Below, one piece after another: positions 1 to 9,860 of a stretch of DNA of 64,000 nt. Source of the stretch: Flavobacteriales bacterium (GTDB taxonomy: Bacteria > Bacteroidota > Bacteroidia > Palsa-965); the NCBI GenBank assembly GCA_040377305.1, contig JBEIPA010000024.1, forward strand, positions 12,954 through 76,953, in the 5' to 3' direction. Each line of letters opens with the position of its first letter. The first letter of the stretch is position 1. The notes beneath the pieces are model-generated. The model ran no database searches, was not told where the DNA came from, and worked only from the letters and a program-made list of their open reading frames with translations. The translations under genes and the position numbers were made by a program.

Positions 1-2082
1 AATGTAGCTGCAGTTGATTCTGCGACCGGACTGGAAACACCATTCACGTGTACGACGGGAGGAGTGGTGAATGCTCTTGCGGTCGATGGTAACATATTAT
101 ACATAGGTGGTACGTTCATTTCCGTTTCCAGCGTGCCACGAGAAGGATTTGCCGCACTCGATCGGTTCACCGGGCAACTTCTTCCTTTGGATATGGATCT
201 CAATGGTGACGTAAAACAAATCATTGTAAATGATACACTGATCTACATTTGCGGAACATTTACAGCCGTCGGTTCAACACCGCGCAATGGTATAGCCGTC
301 TTCGGAACATCCGGGTACCTGCATCCTATGTTTGATAATTACTCAACTCCCGGAGGAGTACAAACCATGGCACTGGAAGGAACCAATTTATACTTCGCCG
401 AAAATTCTTTAGGGCAGATTGTTCGCATTTACGATCTCACCGGTGATTCTATTCGTGGGGACTGGTACGTTCAATGCGGACAACGTGTTTATGATATTGA
501 AGTCGGCTCCAATCGCGTATACCTCGCTGGTGATTTTCAAACCGTAAATTCATTGCCGAGGAGATACGTTGCTGCGGTTGACAAAATTGACGGAACAACG
601 ACTGCATGGAATCCATCGCCGGACAACAGAATGCGCGCTATCTATCTCGATGAGAGTGATTCACTGCTTGGTGTGGTTGGTTTTCCTGCGATGATTGACA
701 GTGTGTTGCTGTATAATCCCTACATCTACAAACCCGATTATTCCAGTCTGATCGGTGGAAGAGTCTACTATGATCTGAACAACAACGCAACGATAGATAC
801 AACTGAGCCGGGATATATATATGGACTGGTTACTATTCAGCCCATCAATCTCACCGTGAGTACTGATCAGTACGGTGCATATCGCTGCTATGTAAATAAC
901 GGCAACTACACAGCCTCAGCAACGCTCGCGAGTTATTGCAGCTCCACAATTCCTGCATCAGCAACCTTCAGTATCACTACCCCGCTGTCTATTGATACAA
1001 TACAACACCTCGGATTACAATGTATACCGAACGTTCGTGATCTACGCGTTACCGGAACTGCAAACAATCCAATCCCCGGAGGCGGCTGTTATGTTTCACT
1101 TACCTACCGTAACAATGGAACACAGTCCGACACCGCGACGATGAGCATTGTCCTTGACACGGCGCTTACAATTACTTATGTAAACGATTCTTCATTTGTA
1201 CAATCGGGTGATACGCTATGGTGGACAAAAGTTCTGAGCATTGGTGAACAAGGTATGTTAGCTGTGCACACTGAGCTTGACACGACAGCAGTAATTGGAC
1301 AACCGATTGTGATATCTGAATTCATCACTCCAGTGCAAAGTGATTTTGTGCCAAATGATAATTACGATACGCTATACAAAATAGTTTCCGGGCCATATGA
1401 TCCAAATGTGAAACTGGTAGATCCTTCCGCACCTGTTTTGTATCCTTCACAGAATCCATTGCAGTACACCATTCATTTCCAGAATACAGGAACCGATACC
1501 GCGCACACCGTAATTATCCGTGACGTCCTGGACTTAGATTTCAATGCACTATCATTGATCGTACTAGCTTCCAGTCATCCGTGCACGTTTACTATCTCTG
1601 GCAACCTGCTCACGTTTACATTTGCAAATGCTCTCGTTCCGGACAGCACCACAAATGAACCGCAAAGTCATGGTTTTGTTTGTTATACCATTAAACCAAA
1701 CATCCTTCCGGTTTCCGGCACCTGGGTAACCAACAGTGCGGATATCTACTTTGATTACGCGGCTCCTATTACAACAAACATTGATTCGACTTTGTATGAC
1801 ATCAATCTCAAATCAGTCGCACAAGACACCGAAAATAATTTTCATTTGCATCCCAATCCAAGCGATGGCAAAATGAAGTTGATCTACCATTGCAATTCAA
1901 CCACGGATCTTGTGTTTACAATATTTGATCTCACCGGATCCGTTGTCTATTCACAGGAGCTTGTTCCTAATCAAACAACTGCTGAAATTAATGTTGAATT
2001 TCTTGCACCAGGATTGTATTTCTTTCAATGTGGAGCCGAGAATCAAATCATCGGCACCGGAAAGATTATCATACAGAGGTAA
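1..2082 (+). CDS. T9SS type A sorting domain protein (beta-propeller-like repeats, DUF11/DUF7619-like 'YDPN' Ig region), 5'-partial
   Basis: Frame is open from base 1; repeated 'LYIGGTF/IYICGTF/VYLAGDF' blades, 'GPYDPNVK...YTIHFQNTGT' motif, C-terminal 'HPNPS...IFDLTG...PGLYF...KIIIQR' T9SS CTD. Confidence 0.85.
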   Translation, partial: NVAAVDSATGLETPFTCTTGGVVNALAVDGNILYIGGTFISVSSVPREGFAALDRFTGQLLPLDMDLNGDVKQIIVNDTLIYICGTFTAVGSTPRNGIAVFGTSGYLHPMFDNYSTPGGVQTMALEGTNLYFAENSLGQIVRIYDLTGDSIRGDWYVQCGQRVYDIEVGSNRVYLAGDFQTVNSLPRRYVAAVDKIDGTTTAWNPSPDNRMRAIYLDESDSLLGVVGFPAMIDSVLLYNPYIYKPDYSSLIGGRVYYDLNNNATIDTTEPGYIYGLVTIQPINLTVSTDQYGAYRCYVNNGNYTASATLASYCSSTIPASATFSITTPLSIDTIQHLGLQCIPNVRDLRVTGTANNPIPGGGCYVSLTYRNNGTQSDTATMSIVLDTALTITYVNDSSFVQSGDTLWWTKVLSIGEQGMLAVHTELDTTAVIGQPIVISEFITPVQSDFVPNDNYDTLYKIVSGPYDPNVKLVDPSAPVLYPSQNPLQYTIHFQNTGTDTAHTVIIRDVLDLDFNALSLIVLASSHPCTFTISGNLLTFTFANALVPDSTTNEPQSHGFVCYTIKPNILPVSGTWVTNSADIYFDYAAPITTNIDSTLYDINLKSVAQDTENNFHLHPNPSDGKMKLIYHCNSTTDLVFTIFDLTGSVVYSQELVPNQTTAEINVEFLAPGLYFFQCGAENQIIGTGKIIIQR

Positions 2083-2474
2083 CCACATGTCTGCGTTTCG
2101 TATCCGAGAAACCCTCGTCAATAATGCGTGTGACATTTTAGGAAACCCGCATAAGGTGATTGGTGGTTTCTCACAGATAAGATAAGTTCAGCACACACTT
2201 CAGGTCTAGTTCCAACATCATCCGGATATTGTTCCCGGTGCTCAGTTCTGGGTTGTCTTCCCTCGGTACAACGATAATTTCGCACACGCGACTCCGTCGA
2301 TTTTCTTGAGTCATTCGGTCTGACAACCTCCCTAACGTTGCGGGAACTACGTGCTGCTTGCACGGGTGTTGGTGCGTAGAAGTACGTGAAGTGAGGTGGG
2401 GAAATACGGATTATCCGTTTGTAACCGACTAGCGTAAATGTTTCTTCGCACATTCGTGGCATAACCAACTGACC

Positions 2475-3593
2475 ATGAAAACTAAAAAGATTATTTCGCT
2501 GATTATTACTACATTTTTCTTTTGTGGATTTGTAAGTGCGCAAGACCATTCAAAAGACGTCAATAGTCCGGCCTTTGACACTGCTGCCTATTCGCCCACG
2601 ATATTCCTGGGGCTCTTCACTGAAAACGTTAACACAACACAGATCTCCGCAAACGTTACGGAAGAAAAATTGGAATTGGCCGGAAAAATTTTCGAATCTG
2701 ATTCGTCGAGATTTTTATTGGGAATGCGCTTCTCAGGTACTGCAGAAAATGGAGTAGCCTCCCTCTTGTCAGGAACAAAAGTAGTTCCAAAGGCTTCAAT
2801 TGGATTAGCCGGAACCTACACGATAAGAAACTGGATAAGCACCAATTCTGCAACAACCATGAAGTACAATAGTTTGTTGAAGGCAACTGGTGTTGACCGT
2901 AAAAGACACAATAACATTTCAGTTACAATCGGATTGAAAGCAGAAGGTGCGAAATATATGTTGATTGACACGAGCTTAACTATCCGCAAAATGGTAACGA
3001 AAAAGAAGTACACAGGATGGGAACAACATGTTCAATTCAACTGGTTGATTTACAATTACAATTCGCGGCTCTTGTGGAACCACGGTCTCAAATTCAGTTA
3101 CGGTCAGATGAATAATGTCGGAGACCTGAATGAATATGCGATTTCATCCTCAAGCAATTTTCAGGACAGCACATTCAAACAAAATTTTGATTTGAAGAAA
3201 ACGGGATATTATTCGAGTGGATACATGGTACAACACTTTGGAACAGTAAGCTATGAAATGGGAATTTATCCGACGGCGTTGGACAGCAGACTGCCAGGAT
3301 TTCTTATTGGAACGGAAATGAAATATTATTCGAAACAAAAAAACGAATTCAGCGGCTATCTTGGAACCACGTTTCTGATTAGAGTTTCAACGACGCCAGA
3401 TAAACCTAAACCTCCAATCTATGTTTCCGTAGTTATTCAAACTACAGATCCTGCGAACTGGAAAGGTGAAGAAGAATTCCAATTGAAAGACTCATTCAGC
3501 GGTTTTCTACGCTTCAGCCGTCCACTCACATGGACATCTCCGGAAAATAAGAAGTCAAAGAAGGAGCAAGAGCTACTCCGAGCGGCAAAATAA
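2475..3593 (+). CDS. hypothetical secreted protein, possibly an outer-membrane beta-rich protein
   Basis: 372 aa ORF with signal peptide MKTKKIISLIITTFFFCGFVSAQ; alternating beta-strand pattern. Confidence 0.7.
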   Translation: MKTKKIISLIITTFFFCGFVSAQDHSKDVNSPAFDTAAYSPTIFLGLFTENVNTTQISANVTEEKLELAGKIFESDSSRFLLGMRFSGTAENGVASLLSGTKVVPKASIGLAGTYTIRNWISTNSATTMKYNSLLKATGVDRKRHNNISVTIGLKAEGAKYMLIDTSLTIRKMVTKKKYTGWEQHVQFNWLIYNYNSRLLWNHGLKFSYGQMNNVGDLNEYAISSSSNFQDSTFKQNFDLKKTGYYSSGYMVQHFGTVSYEMGIYPTALDSRLPGFLIGTEMKYYSKQKNEFSGYLGTTFLIRVSTTPDKPKPPIYVSVVIQTTDPANWKGEEEFQLKDSFSGFLRFSRPLTWTSPENKKSKKEQELLRAAK

Positions 3594-3611
3594 TATCATA
3601 TCGTTAAAACG

Positions 3612-3645
3612 AAGAATCGCTCTACCAAGCGATTCTTTTGTTTTT
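3612..3645 (+). terminator. rho-independent terminator
   Basis: AAGAATCGCT-ctacca-AGCGATTCTT followed by a T-rich tail just after the stop at 3593. Confidence 0.75.
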
Positions 3646-3669
3646 CCAGTCACTCCTGTCTTCGCTTTA

Positions 3670-3715
3670 TTTAGCCGCGGGATATCCCGATAGCTATCGG
3701 GACCACGCGGCTAAA
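3670..3715. repeat. REP-like palindrome
   Basis: Perfect 18-bp palindrome TCCCGATAGCTATCGGGA (3685-3702) nested in TTTAGCCGCG...CGCGGCTAAA. Confidence 0.7.
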
Positions 3716-3869
3716 AAAAGATTGAGGATCAAGTTGCTTCACAATCAACTAATGGGAAATCAGAAATCGGCTAATTGACTGCCAACTTTTCTACCTTCCC
3801 TCGGTAAACATGTCCTAACAAAACCGACACACCCACTCCCGTCTCCCGTCTGTCGCCTCCCGTCTATTT

Positions 3870-3989
3870 CGTATCTTTGTAAGGAATTACAAAAGGGCCC
3901 GACCGGTATTGACAGCTGGTGATCGCTCATGTAAGCACGTCGTGCGTTGTCGATCGCTTCGTCGCGTGCTCCTCGCGATGACGCACGTT
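3870..3989 (+). pseudogene. duplicated 5' fragment of tmRNA with promoter, interrupted by a REP-like insert
   Basis: 3889-3950 is identical to 4110-4171; shared CGTATCTTTGTA -7 box; then a 32-bp insert ending CCTCGCGATGAC, then GCACGTT as in tmRNA. Confidence 0.75.
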
Positions 3990-4093
3990 TTTAGAAGGAG
4001 ATGCACGCAAAAGCGTGAACATTTCTGCATCAACTACACTTACTGCCTACTTTCCACCCGAACTAAGTTGGTAAACACGTTCTCGTTTCTCCG

Positions 4094-4101
4094 TATCTTT
4101 G
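4094..4101 (+). promoter_or_regulatory. Bacteroidota -7 promoter box of ssrA
   Basis: TATCTTTG (TAnnTTTG) 14 nt upstream of the tmRNA 5' end. Confidence 0.7.
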
Positions 4102-4115
4102 TAGAGTAAACAAAA

Positions 4116-4478
4116 GGGCCCGACCGGTATTGACAGCTGGTGATCGCTCATGTAAGCACGTCGTGCGTTGTGAATATGGCACGTTAATATCAACTCTCAC
4201 AATTTCAAACGGCGAGTCTAACTACGCCCTTGCTGCTTAATACTAAGTATTAACCAGCTTTGTCACCCGGGAAGTTCCTCCTTTCTACGTCCCGGATCTG
4301 ACACCGCAAATGAGAGGGTTCGCCTGTAAGGTTCCGAAGCAGGATGAATATTAGGGACTAAGTTTGAGTTTGGCCGGCACCGGAGCCTGACTCAGATCGA
4401 AAACCAATCTGGTTCTCAACGTGAAGAAAGCATGACCGGAATCGGTTTGGACGAGAGTTCGATTCTCTCCGGGTCCAC
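4116..4478 (+). ncRNA. ssrA: transfer-messenger RNA
   Basis: 5' GGGCCCG pairs with 3' CGGGTCC-A including the G3.U70 alanine determinant; T-arm GAGAGTTCGATTCTCTC; tag ORF 4211-4240 GGCGAGTCTAACTACGCCCTTGCTGCTTAA = GESNYALAA*. Confidence 0.96.
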
Positions 4479-4481
4479 GAG

Positions 4482-4510
4482 AAACCATCCTGAAGAGGGT
4501 GGTTTTTTTG
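4482..4510 (+). terminator. tmRNA terminator
   Basis: AAACCATCC-tgaaga-GGGTGGTTTTTTT hairpin with T tract. Confidence 0.8.
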
Positions 4511-4574
4511 TTGAATACTACTTTCGTTGAGTAAAGAATTCCTAAGTTTCGTCCACCATACATCTTCAATCTCC

Positions 4575-5030
4575 ATGATACAAACAGAAAAATTGTCCAA
4601 TACCCTTACCGGAATTGCTGGTGAATATTTCGTAGCTGCTGAGCTATCAAGACGTGGCTTTATGGCCTCGATCACCTTACGAAATAACGACAGCGTTGAT
4701 ATCCATGCATCGAAACTTTCAACGGGCAAAATGTTTGCGATACAAGTAAAATCAAATCAATCCGGCAGATCAGAATGGATAATGAATAAGAAAGCGGAAG
4801 TAACTCATAGTGCAAACCACTATTATGTTTTTGTTGCTTTGAAATCAGTTTACGAAAGACCACTGTTCTACATTGTGCCGAGTAAAGAGGTTGCACGATT
4901 TACAACTGAAACTCATGCAAACTGGTTGGCTACTCCTGGCAAAAAAGGACAAAAGCACAACGACGGTTCAATGAGAAAATTTGCCGACATCACAGGTAAA
5001 TTTCTTGATAAGTGGGAACTGCTGTCTTAA
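4575..5030 (+). CDS. PD-(D/E)XK superfamily nuclease
   Basis: 'GIAGEYFVAAELSRRG...VDI...AIQVKS' restriction-endonuclease-like motifs; ATG at 4575 preferred over the upstream TTG. Confidence 0.7.
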   Translation: MIQTEKLSNTLTGIAGEYFVAAELSRRGFMASITLRNNDSVDIHASKLSTGKMFAIQVKSNQSGRSEWIMNKKAEVTHSANHYYVFVALKSVYERPLFYIVPSKEVARFTTETHANWLATPGKKGQKHNDGSMRKFADITGKFLDKWELLS

Positions 5031-5097
5031 ATTTCAAATCATAGTATGTAAGATCAGCTGTTTTTGAGGCCGATCGGACAACCATGTGAGTAGGTGT

Positions 5098-7035
5098 TCA
5101 CACTCCACCTCTCCAATGAAATTTTAGTCCGTTGAATTCGTGAACCGGAATAATGCTAGACGCAAATCCGGTTGCCGTCAAATCAGTAATTGTGGCATGA
5201 TCTGGATGTCGCCAGATTTTGACGGACTTGTGTTTTATTCCATAATTTATGAATGGAATTGTTTCCGGTCTCAATCGCGAAAATAGATTGATACTGGAGT
5301 TGTTTTTTGAACCGTGATGCGGGACTTGTAACAGGAAATAGTCATTCCAGTAATTTTTGTACCGCTTCAAAAATTCTTCAACTTCTTCTGAAGTCAGTAA
5401 GTAAGAGTCAGATGTCAACATGGTATTTGGAAAACCTGGTTGCCAATCATACCAGTTATTGAAGAACTGAACTGGAATACCTCCGGTCAAATGCTCTTTG
5501 GGGATATTTAGTCCGTCCTTCCATTCGATGAAATACACTTCCGAATTAAAATCACCACCATTCATGCGACGAACCATATTTTCCATGCCGTGAGAATTTC
5601 GGTGCATACAGCATAGAGCTGTTGTATTCATGTTGGTCACATCACGCTTAGTAAGAGCGAAGCCACCGACTACCTTCTTTGAATTGCGAAACAACTTTTT
5701 AATATATGTAGCGCCCTTAATACCAGATACCGCTGCGATCACCTTATCTAAAAAATCCGGTCTATCTGTTTCAATCGAATGGTCCGATAGAAATTGCAGT
5801 AAGATCTGGTCATAAAATTCCGCCTCGCTCTTTGATATTTTTAGTCGGTAGAATAAAAACTCCATGAGCTCCAAATTCACAGCAGGCTGTTTAACAACTC
5901 CTTTTTGCGAATCCCAACATGTGCGGACATTAGGTGTTGATGAACCGGCTTTGACCTCTTGTTCCTCTCCATCGTTGATTTCCGGACAGATTCCTTCAAA
6001 CGAAAACTGCATCTCCTGATTTTCATTGTTGGAATCAGAGCGGTTTGAATCATTGAAATTTTTCTGCGGACCGAATGGTGGGTTATTAGGATCGGATTTA
6101 ATGAAGAACACTTCTGAGTCTCCATCAAGACTGTCGCCCATTGCGCCAATCGGGTCGATGATAAATCTTGATATGCCATCAACATCAAATTCAGGATCAT
6201 TTTCCGATTCGTCAATCAACCTCAATAAAACAAACAACCGCTCCTCAAAACCAAGAAACGGCATCACGAGTTTCTTCACCTTTCTTTGACCCGCGAGTAA
6301 CCTCCCGATTTGATTAACGTGATCTGCATCGAAGTGCGAAATTATCAGCAAATCTATTGGTGCGTTGTTGTTCAAACCCTCCTGAGCTACATAGGCATCA
6401 ACCTGCGCTTCACCTGCATCCCGTGTCAGACTTCCGCAATCGAATACAAAGTTGAAATAACTAAGGGTCGTATTATTAACCAGTCGTAGCTGACCGGAAT
6501 AGAAAAGTCCCTGGCCAACGGGGTGAATTGTAAAAGTCTGGAGAATCTTATCCATGGTCGTTGTGATATAAGGTTGCAGATTACGGCGGATCGGTCGACT
6601 TAACGGCTCTGGAAAAATGAATTGGTCCACAGGGATCGTATTTGTAAGCAAGTCCAATTCAACAGCCACAAATACAATCCTGGCGTTTGACCGGTCTCCT
6701 AAACTGTCGTCCTCGTAATCTTCAAATGAATCATAGACATCTATTCCAGCATATTCGCGTCGCCACTTTTGTGCATCGTAATCCTCTTCAATTGCGAAAT
6801 CTACTATTGTCGCTTTGTACACTGCAACAGAATGCTGAACAAAATAGAAATCAAAATTGCCGTTAGTCTTCAATCTGTTCCGTAATCCCTCTAGCGTTTC
6901 TATCTCACTCCACGATCCACTCGGCATTTGATTCCACCAGATAACTCCTGATCCATGAGTTCGAATATCCCGTATGGCATTCTCAAACCATCTTGTGTTA
7001 TCTGCGGCTATGAGCCCTTCAATATGTACCGGCAT
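5098..7035 (-). CDS. MBL-fold metallo-hydrolase (ComEC/Rec2-like) with an extra ~160 aa N-terminal domain
   Basis: 'HPVGQGLFY', 'VFDCGS', 'ISHFDADHVN' (HxDxDH), 'QVPHHGS' motifs. Confidence 0.8.
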   Translation of the reverse strand: MPVHIEGLIAADNTRWFENAIRDIRTHGSGVIWWNQMPSGSWSEIETLEGLRNRLKTNGNFDFYFVQHSVAVYKATIVDFAIEEDYDAQKWRREYAGIDVYDSFEDYEDDSLGDRSNARIVFVAVELDLLTNTIPVDQFIFPEPLSRPIRRNLQPYITTTMDKILQTFTIHPVGQGLFYSGQLRLVNNTTLSYFNFVFDCGSLTRDAGEAQVDAYVAQEGLNNNAPIDLLIISHFDADHVNQIGRLLAGQRKVKKLVMPFLGFEERLFVLLRLIDESENDPEFDVDGISRFIIDPIGAMGDSLDGDSEVFFIKSDPNNPPFGPQKNFNDSNRSDSNNENQEMQFSFEGICPEINDGEEQEVKAGSSTPNVRTCWDSQKGVVKQPAVNLELMEFLFYRLKISKSEAEFYDQILLQFLSDHSIETDRPDFLDKVIAAVSGIKGATYIKKLFRNSKKVVGGFALTKRDVTNMNTTALCCMHRNSHGMENMVRRMNGGDFNSEVYFIEWKDGLNIPKEHLTGGIPVQFFNNWYDWQPGFPNTMLTSDSYLLTSEEVEEFLKRYKNYWNDYFLLQVPHHGSKNNSSINLFSRLRPETIPFINYGIKHKSVKIWRHPDHATITDLTATGFASSIIPVHEFNGLKFHWRGGV

Positions 7036-7089
7036 AGTTTTGATTTTCGTTCAGCTTGAATAAAGCTAGTGCAAAGGCCCATCCGCAGT

Positions 7090-7111
7090 CGTTTACAAAC
7101 GTTTGTAAACG
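7090..7111. promoter_or_regulatory. dispersed palindrome, copy 1
   Basis: CGTTTACAAACGTTTGTAAACG, a perfect 22-bp palindrome in the divergent MBL/hsdM intergenic region. Confidence 0.65.
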
Positions 7112-7226
7112 GCTACACCCCCAATCAGACCCAAATTCACAGTTTTCCCTCCAAAATAATTCCCGTAGCAGCAATTTTGACCTTAAATTCGTCCCTGTCC
7201 CATCCGGACGCAATCTCATTCGCATC

Positions 7227-8789
7227 ATGGCCAAACAAAAGAAAGAAGTAAAAGAAAAACCTATTGAAGTTACCCTGTGGGATGCCGCAAATAAACTCCG
7301 CGGCAGTGTGGAGCCGGCGGAATACAAACACGTCGTACTTGGACTCATCTTCTTAAAGTTTGCAAGCGATAAATTCGAAGAGCATCGCGCGAAACTTATT
7401 GCAGAAGGCAAGGACAAATACATTGAGAAGCCGGAGTTCTACAACATGAACAACGTTTTCTTTCTGGAAGAAAACAGCCGTTGGAATTTTCTCATCAAAA
7501 AATCAAAGCAGAACAATATTGCATTGCTCATTGACACTGCACTGCACACGATTGAGAAAAACAATAAAGCGTTAAAAGGCGCCCTGCCCGACAATTACTT
7601 CTCGCGTTTAGGCCTGGACGTGACGAAACTTGCTTCTCTCCTCGACACCATCAACGACATTGTCACCACGAAAGATCCCAAGCAGGATGTAGTGGGAAAA
7701 GTGTATGAATACTTCCTATCGAAATTTGCGCTAGCAGAAGGAAAAGGTAAAGGAGAATTCTATACACCGAAAAGCATTGTCAACCTCATTGCTGAAATGA
7801 TCGAGCCTTACAAGGGAATCATTTATGATCCTGCCTGTGGTTCCGGTGGAATGTTTGTACAATCCATTAAGTTCATTGAGGCACACCACGGCAACAAAAA
7901 AGAAATTTCTATTTACGGACAGGAATACACCAACACCACATACAAGCTGGCGAAGATGAACCTGGCTATTCGTGGTATCAGCGGCAATCTCGGAGAAAAA
8001 GCAGCTGACACTTTTCGTGATGACCAGCACAAAGACCTGAAAGCCGATTACATTATGGCGAACCCACCTTTTAACCAGAAAGACTGGCGTGCGGAAAATG
8101 AATTGATAGACGATCCTCGTTGGAGAGGCTATGACGTTCCACCAAAGAGCAATGCGAACTACGCGTGGATATTAAATATGGTGAGCAAACTTTCTGACAA
8201 TGGTGTTGCGGGTTTCATTCTTGCGAATGGAGCGCTCAGTGGTGGTGGAGAGGAATATAAAATACGAAGAAAACTGATTGAGAATAATTTAGTGGAGGCG
8301 ATCCTGGTGTTGCCGCGAAATTTATTTTATACCACTGATATCAGTGTGACACTTTGGATTGTTAACAAGAATAAAAAAGCACAAACAAAGAAGGTGGGTG
8401 ATCAAACTCGTTCTTACCGTGAACGTGAAAAAGAAATTTTATTCTTGGATCTGCGCCAAATGGGTGAACCTTTCGAAAAGAAGTTCACTCAGTTTGCTGA
8501 TGCCGACATTCAAAAAATAACGGACACCTACCACCAGTGGCAAACAAAGAAAATTGAAAACGTTCCGGAATTCTGTTATTCAGCAAAATTTGACGAGGTA
8601 GCCAAAAAAGATTTCTCACTGGTACCCAGCAAATACGTGGAGTTTGTAAACCGTGATGAGAATATTGACTTTGAAGAAAAAATGCAGGCACTTCAAAGCG
8701 AATTTTCGGAATTGCTAAAAGCGGAAACAAATTCTAAAAAGGATTTACTGAACGTGTTTAAGGAGTTGGGATATGAAATCAAATTATAA
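7227..8789 (+). CDS. hsdM: type I restriction-modification DNA methyltransferase subunit M
   Basis: LWDAANKLRG, GEFYTP, DPACGSGGMF, NPPFN motifs; ATG at 7227 (MAKQKK). Confidence 0.96.
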   Translation: MAKQKKEVKEKPIEVTLWDAANKLRGSVEPAEYKHVVLGLIFLKFASDKFEEHRAKLIAEGKDKYIEKPEFYNMNNVFFLEENSRWNFLIKKSKQNNIALLIDTALHTIEKNNKALKGALPDNYFSRLGLDVTKLASLLDTINDIVTTKDPKQDVVGKVYEYFLSKFALAEGKGKGEFYTPKSIVNLIAEMIEPYKGIIYDPACGSGGMFVQSIKFIEAHHGNKKEISIYGQEYTNTTYKLAKMNLAIRGISGNLGEKAADTFRDDQHKDLKADYIMANPPFNQKDWRAENELIDDPRWRGYDVPPKSNANYAWILNMVSKLSDNGVAGFILANGALSGGGEEYKIRRKLIENNLVEAILVLPRNLFYTTDISVTLWIVNKNKKAQTKKVGDQTRSYREREKEILFLDLRQMGEPFEKKFTQFADADIQKITDTYHQWQTKKIENVPEFCYSAKFDEVAKKDFSLVPSKYVEFVNRDENIDFEEKMQALQSEFSELLKAETNSKKDLLNVFKELGYEIKL

Positions 8790-9858
8790 ACCTCTCGGTA
8801 AATACATTGAACCTGTGGTTGGTCGTAATGCTGATCTTGGGATCTTGCCTCTGATGGGTTTGAGCATTACCAAGAAGTTCATCCCTTCCATTGCCAATAC
8901 AATTGGAACAGATATGTCCACGTACCGGATCATTGAGAAAAATCAATTCGCATACGGTCCGGTCACATCAAGAAATGGAGAGAAACTAACCATCGCATTG
9001 TTCAACGATTATAGTAAAGCATTGATTTCTCAAGCCTACGTTCCGTTTCAGGTAATTGATAAAGACGCACTTGATCCGGAATACTTAATGATGTGGTTTA
9101 GTAGACCGGAGTTTGATCGCTATGCACGTTTTAAAAGTCACGGAAGTGCAAGGGAAATATTTGATTGGGAAGAAATGTGTAATACGTTTCTGCCTATTCC
9201 ACCTGTAGACAAACAGCGTGAAATCGTAAATGAATACAACACCATACAAAACCGCATAACACTTAACCAGCAACTGATACAAAAACTGGAAGAGACAGCT
9301 CAAGCTATTTACAAGCAGTGGTTTATGGAAGGAATTGATTTTGAGAATTTACCTGAAGGGTGGAGTATTGGGAAATTAACTGACTTGATTGAAGTAAAAT
9401 ATGGCAAGGCCTATTCACATTTAGAAGATGGAAACGTTCCACTTTACGGTTCGGGTGGTTTAATGGGTACGGTAAATAAAGCTCTTTACACACAACCAAG
9501 TGTGTTAATACCAAGAAAGGGAACGTTAAGTAATATTATGTATGTGAATCATCCTTTTTGGTGTGTTGATACAATGTTCTATTCGATTTTTAATAATGAA
9601 ATCAATGGGTATTACTCGTACTACATTCTGAAGCAATTAGATTTTGATGCGCTAGACCAAGGTTCTGCAGTTCCGAGTATGACAACAGCATTTCTAAATG
9701 ATATAGATGTTATTCTACCAAGTCGAGAAATTCTTTGTGATTTTAATAATGCTTTGGGGAAATTAATTGCCCATATACAAAATCTTGAAAAGGAGGGTGC
9801 AAAGCTAACTGAACTAAAAAAATTACTCCTCTCCAAACTCGCCACCATAGAAGATTAA
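8773..9858 (+). CDS. hsdS: type I restriction-modification specificity subunit S
   Basis: Two TRDs joined by the conserved 'LPIPPVDKQREIV...LEETAQAIYKQWF...LPEGW' region; overlaps the hsdM stop. Confidence 0.92.
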   Translation: MKSNYKPLGKYIEPVVGRNADLGILPLMGLSITKKFIPSIANTIGTDMSTYRIIEKNQFAYGPVTSRNGEKLTIALFNDYSKALISQAYVPFQVIDKDALDPEYLMMWFSRPEFDRYARFKSHGSAREIFDWEEMCNTFLPIPPVDKQREIVNEYNTIQNRITLNQQLIQKLEETAQAIYKQWFMEGIDFENLPEGWSIGKLTDLIEVKYGKAYSHLEDGNVPLYGSGGLMGTVNKALYTQPSVLIPRKGTLSNIMYVNHPFWCVDTMFYSIFNNEINGYYSYYILKQLDFDALDQGSAVPSMTTAFLNDIDVILPSREILCDFNNALGKLIAHIQNLEKEGAKLTELKKLLLSKLATIED

Positions 9859-9860
9859 CT

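Noticed and set aside
2087-2460. Possible small ORF or structured RNA in the 390-bp intergenic gap
   Set aside because: No recognisable riboswitch, tRNA or coding signal that I can support.
3895-4478. Two-piece (permuted) tmRNA
   Set aside because: 4116-4478 is a complete standard one-piece gene; the upstream piece is only a partial duplicate.
7056-7226. N-terminal extensions in the ORF track (hsdM 7056; also 31909, 43962, 59980, 4527, 18020)
   Set aside because: They overlap regulatory DNA or neighbouring genes; downstream ATGs match the family starts.
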